A stretch of 64,000 bases of DNA from an uncultured Chloroflexia bacterium (GTDB taxonomy: Bacteria; Chloroflexota; Limnocylindria; Limnocylindrales; CSP1-4): NCBI GenBank assembly GCA_963704145.1, contig CAVPHB010000002.1, forward strand, positions 259,878 through 323,877, given 5' to 3'. This document shows, piece by piece, positions 61,024 to 64,000 of the stretch; within the stretch, counting starts at the first letter, position 1; each line of letters opens with the position of its first letter. The notes below the pieces were generated by a model. That model saw nothing but the letters and a program-made list of their open reading frames with translations, did not search any database and was not told the origin of the DNA. Both the position numbers and the translations under genes were made by a program.

Positions 61024-61134
61024 CAAGGCTGCCGACGGGTCGTTTCGACTTTCTCGAGCAGGGAGCGCGTGGCGGCCTCGAACCGTTCGAGCCAGTGGCG
61101 CCACATCTCGGTGTGCAGCTCGACCTGGGCGGCC
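61024..61134 (-). pseudogene. Relic duplicate of the 3' end of the SRPBCC/AHSA1-like gene immediately upstream.
   Basis: SAAAQVELHTEMWRHWLERFEAATRSLLEKVETTRRQP, bounded by stops, aligns with HAEAELHTEMWRHWLARFEAATRALAHATEET at the end of 61160..61576. The two copies share a 22-nt identical core, gccacatctcggtgtgcagctc. Confidence 0.55.
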
Positions 61135-61159
61135 GCGCTCTACGGCGGGTGACGGCGAG

Positions 61160-61576
61160 CTAGGTCTCCTCCGTGGCGTGGGCCAACGCCCGCGTTGCCG
61201 CTTCGAAGCGGGCCAGCCAATGACGCCACATCTCGGTGTGCAGCTCCGCCTCGGCGTGCGTTGGCAGACCGACGTGGCGCAGCGTGACGAGCGTCCGGCC
61301 GCCGTGCTCGATGGCGTCGAAGGCAACAACGCTCGGCGCGCCGACCGGTTCACTCGACCAGCGCCAGGTGAAGCTGATATGCGTTGGCGGGTCGTACGCG
61401 AGCACCTCGCCGACCGCCTGCCCGTCGAGCATCTGGACGCGCAGCGATCCACCGACGCGCGCCTCGACCTCGGCCGCGTCGAGCCACTGGCGCAGGCCGT
61501 CGGTGGTGGCCAGGAGCGAGAAGACGGCGGCGCGCGGGGCATCGACCACGACCTGCAGCTCGGCCCGCTCGCTCAT
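61160..61576 (-). CDS. SRPBCC / AHSA1 (Aha1-like) family protein.
   Basis: The ATG at 61576 (MSERAELQVVVDAPRAAVFSLL...) overlaps the upstream stop (ATGA). The layout is typical of the family (PP..ISFTW.W, LTLRH.G). Confidence 0.8.
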   Translation of the reverse strand: MSERAELQVVVDAPRAAVFSLLATTDGLRQWLDAAEVEARVGGSLRVQMLDGQAVGEVLAYDPPTHISFTWRWSSEPVGAPSVVAFDAIEHGGRTLVTLRHVGLPTHAEAELHTEMWRHWLARFEAATRALAHATEET

Positions 61577-63552
61577 CCGGCGACCGCCCGCTTGGGCCGG
61601 AAGCGGAACCATGCCCAGAAGAGCACCGACGCGAGGCCGAATCCGAGCAGCAGCGCGACCATGGTCAAGAACGAGGTGCGCGTGTTGTCGGCCAGGTAGC
61701 CGGCGGTCGGGTTGAGCAGCACGTGGGCGAAACCGAAGACGCCGAGACCGAGCAGCACGATCCACACCCGCCTGTTCCAGTCGAACACGGCCGAGCCGGG
61801 CAGGAAGCGCAGCGGCAGCATGGCGAAGACGGCGTTTTCGAGTCCGGCAACGACCACGGTGACCATCGCCGCCCCGAGCAACGCGCCGACGAGCTCATCG
61901 CCCGGGCCGTTGCCCGCGCGCAGGAAGGCCAGGGCGATCCAGGCCGCGAACGCCGTCAGCAGTGACACCGCCGAGGCGATCGCCTCGGCGCGGCCTTCCT
62001 CGCGCCGGTCGACGGTGTGCGCGAAGAAGAAGCCGATGATCAGGCCGTACAGGTAGCCCGGCTGGAAGTCGGCCACGCGACTGACGATGACGCACAGCGC
62101 GGCCACGAAGATTGTTGCCGGCAGCGCGCGCGCGCTGAGCACGATGCGCCGCCGCTGCGCAACCAGGAAGAGCGGCAGCCCGTAAGCGAGGAGCACGACG
62201 AACAGGCCGAGCGTCAGGCCGGCGACCGTGGCAAGCGAGACGAGGCTGATGCCGAAGGTCGGGTCGAGAAAGGCGTAGAGCAGGGCGCTGAGCAGGACGA
62301 AGATGGCCATCCCCTGCGGCGACCGCCACAGGTCCGGCGCGGCCGGCACGGCCGGCGCGGCTGGCGGGCCAGGCGCCACTTGCGGGCCGGCGGGGGTCGC
62401 GGCGGCGGGCGGCGTGACCGCTCCCGGCGGCTGCGCGAGAGCCACGGGCGGCGGCCCGCCGGGCGGCGACGCGGGTGATGTGCGACGCGCGGCAAGCTGG
62501 CGGCGGATCCAGGCCTTGAACGCTGCCCAGGCGCGCGACAAGCGGCCCCGAACCCTGGCCACGCCGGCCATGACTTCCTCGTAGTTCTCCTCGAGCGCGC
62601 TGTTGAACAGCGCCGCCGGGAAGGGCACCAGCAGGATCACCCCGGCGGCGATGGCGACGCTCTGGGCGACGACGATCGGGTCGAGCGAGATGCTCGTCGG
62701 GTCGGGCACCGAGTCTCGGTACGACTGCTGGGCGAGTGCGCGACCGACCGGCGAAAAGAACGTCTCGTGTGAGACCGTCAGCGTCTGTCCCGCGGCGAGG
62801 CTGACCGGCCAGCTCAGGCCGGCGCCGTTGTCGAGCGCGACGTCACAGGTGCAGGTGTCCGGGAACTGCTGCTGGGCGTCGACAGCGGCAAAGACGTCGA
62901 TGTAGCCGGCCTCGATGTAGTGGCTGCCGGCGGTGATGGGCAGCCACTGCTCGATGCGCGAATCGGCTGCGTCCGACACCACGCACGCCGGCGCGCCACC
63001 ATCGACGCGTCCGAAGCCCACGTCGGACTCCTGCAGGTAGCAGTCACCCGCGCGATACAGGATGCCGTTCAGGGCGACCGAGCCCTGGTTGGTGATGCGC
63101 ATGTCGGTCCGATACGACTGGCTGCCGACAACGTAGCTATCGGTCTGCTCGAGCCGCAGGTTGGCCCCCGTGGCCTCGACCGTGGTCACCGTGCGGAACG
63201 GATCGCCCTGGCTGCCACTACCGGCGACCGGCGCCTGGCTGACGAGCATCCACGGCGTCAGCGCGCTGAAGAAGCCCGACGGCAGGGATGCCGGCCCGTA
63301 CAGCGTGCCGCCCACGGCAAAGAAGGTGCCGCACGAGCCCGGCGTCGAACCTGATGGGTAGAACTCGAACGCGTCGTCTTCGCGGTGCGCGACCTGGCAG
63401 TTGAGATCGCCGCTGATGATCACTCGCGTCAGCGGACCGGTCGAGGTGATCTCGACCTCGGCCGCAAGAACGGCCGGGGCGCCCAGCAGCGCCACGAAGC
63501 CCAGCAGTGAGGCCAGCCCAACGAGCCGTCTGGCCAAGAGGCGAATCCGCAT
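61573..63552 (-). CDS. Large membrane protein: a signal peptide, an extracytoplasmic beta-rich domain, a Pro-rich linker and a polytopic C-terminal domain.
   Basis: The ATG at 63552 gives MRIRLLARRLVGLASLLGFVALLGAPAVLA. The frame is intact to 61573, with at least 8 hydrophobic helices in the C-terminal half. No family recognised. Confidence 0.8.
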   Translation of the reverse strand: MRIRLLARRLVGLASLLGFVALLGAPAVLAAEVEITSTGPLTRVIISGDLNCQVAHREDDAFEFYPSGSTPGSCGTFFAVGGTLYGPASLPSGFFSALTPWMLVSQAPVAGSGSQGDPFRTVTTVEATGANLRLEQTDSYVVGSQSYRTDMRITNQGSVALNGILYRAGDCYLQESDVGFGRVDGGAPACVVSDAADSRIEQWLPITAGSHYIEAGYIDVFAAVDAQQQFPDTCTCDVALDNGAGLSWPVSLAAGQTLTVSHETFFSPVGRALAQQSYRDSVPDPTSISLDPIVVAQSVAIAAGVILLVPFPAALFNSALEENYEEVMAGVARVRGRLSRAWAAFKAWIRRQLAARRTSPASPPGGPPPVALAQPPGAVTPPAAATPAGPQVAPGPPAAPAVPAAPDLWRSPQGMAIFVLLSALLYAFLDPTFGISLVSLATVAGLTLGLFVVLLAYGLPLFLVAQRRRIVLSARALPATIFVAALCVIVSRVADFQPGYLYGLIIGFFFAHTVDRREEGRAEAIASAVSLLTAFAAWIALAFLRAGNGPGDELVGALLGAAMVTVVVAGLENAVFAMLPLRFLPGSAVFDWNRRVWIVLLGLGVFGFAHVLLNPTAGYLADNTRTSFLTMVALLLGFGLASVLFWAWFRFRPKRAVAG

Positions 63553-63604
63553 GGCCAACAGGATACGAGCAGCCCGGGGCGCCCGGGGCGTGCAGGGCAC
63601 TAGG

Positions 63605-64000
63605 TCAGACCTGCTTGACCGCGGCGACCAGAGCCGTCAACCCCTCTCGAGCGTCGGCGAAGAGCATGCCTGTCTTTGGGTTGGCGTACAGCTCGTTGTC
63701 GATGCCCGCGTAGCCCGGACGCATCGAGCGCTTGATGACCAGGATGCTGCGGGCGTGGTCGACGTCGAGAATGGGCATGCCGTAGATCGGGCTCTGCGGG
63801 TTGCTGCGTGCGGCCGGGTTGGTGACGTCGTTGGCACCCACCACGAGGGCAACGTCACAGCGGTCGAACTCGGGGTTGATCTCGTCCATCTCGCGCAGTT
63901 GGGGATAGGGCACGTTGGCCTCGGCAAGGAGCACATTCATGTGCCCCGGCATACGGCCGGCAACGGGATGGATGGCGTACGCCACGTCGATGCCGCGGCT
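63605..64000 (-). CDS. pntB: NAD(P) transhydrogenase beta subunit, C-terminal part. The 5' end lies beyond the right edge.
   Basis: AIHPVAGRMPGHMNVLLAEANVPY...VALVVGANDVTNPAA...SPIYGMPILDV is the conserved dIII NADP(H)-binding domain. Confidence 0.9.
   Translation of the reverse strand, partial: SRGIDVAYAIHPVAGRMPGHMNVLLAEANVPYPQLREMDEINPEFDRCDVALVVGANDVTNPAARSNPQSPIYGMPILDVDHARSILVIKRSMRPGYAGIDNELYANPKTGMLFADAREGLTALVAAVKQV

Noticed and set aside
60889-61542. N-terminal 218 aa of the 647-aa ORF 59599..61542
   Set aside because: It is Arg/Pro-rich junk that overlaps the genuine SRPBCC gene and its relic in another frame. The lipoprotein signal begins near 60888.
1-64000. CRISPR arrays, rRNA genes, transposases, integrases, phage structural genes
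   Set aside because: I scanned both strands and the ORF track. I found no spaced direct-repeat arrays, no rRNA-like conserved blocks, and no DDE, tyrosine- or serine-recombinase motifs.

Overview
High-G+C bacterial chromosomal segment, probably Chloroflexota or Actinomycetota; I cannot resolve this without a database search. I support about 55 protein-coding genes or gene relics and one riboswitch, a TPP/THI-box element. I found no rRNA, no complete tRNA, no CRISPR array and no recognisable transposase or integrase. Core content: a zinc-ribbon/class III cyclase/ATPase/TPR regulator; a cPGS-like P-loop protein with an eRF1/Host_attach-like partner; malic enzyme; NlpC/P60 and M23 peptidases; transketolase; an aminotransferase; an ECF sigma/anti-sigma pair; a GltD-like oxidoreductase + cytochrome b + Rieske + cytochrome c/cupredoxin + Kelch operon; a riboswitch-controlled thiN-thiB-thiP-thiQ thiamine salvage operon; an HTH-GAF-GGDEF cyclase; a WYL regulator; and pntB, which runs off the right edge. 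Two stretches look accessory. (1) 1-12.9 kb holds two head-to-head DNRLRE/RHS-type genes. One has lost its RHS shell and ends in a low-GC orphan C-terminal module followed by a small helical ORF, which is my best candidate for an undescribed toxin/immunity pair. Next come a coding-poor tail with a tRNA 5' half, a papain-like lipoprotein and gene relics. (2) 58.3-61.2 kb is a low-GC cassette of a metzincin and a beta-propeller lipoprotein, bounded by twin palindromes on one side and a duplicated gene 3' end on the other. There is also a strong technical or biological anomaly. Reading-frame switches are sparse over most of the window, but about 37.0-51.7 kb contains dozens of them, and the block edges fall inside genes. 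For that reason many genes are reported as spans covering several ORF-track fragments. All functional calls come from motif recognition by eye, and no search was run.
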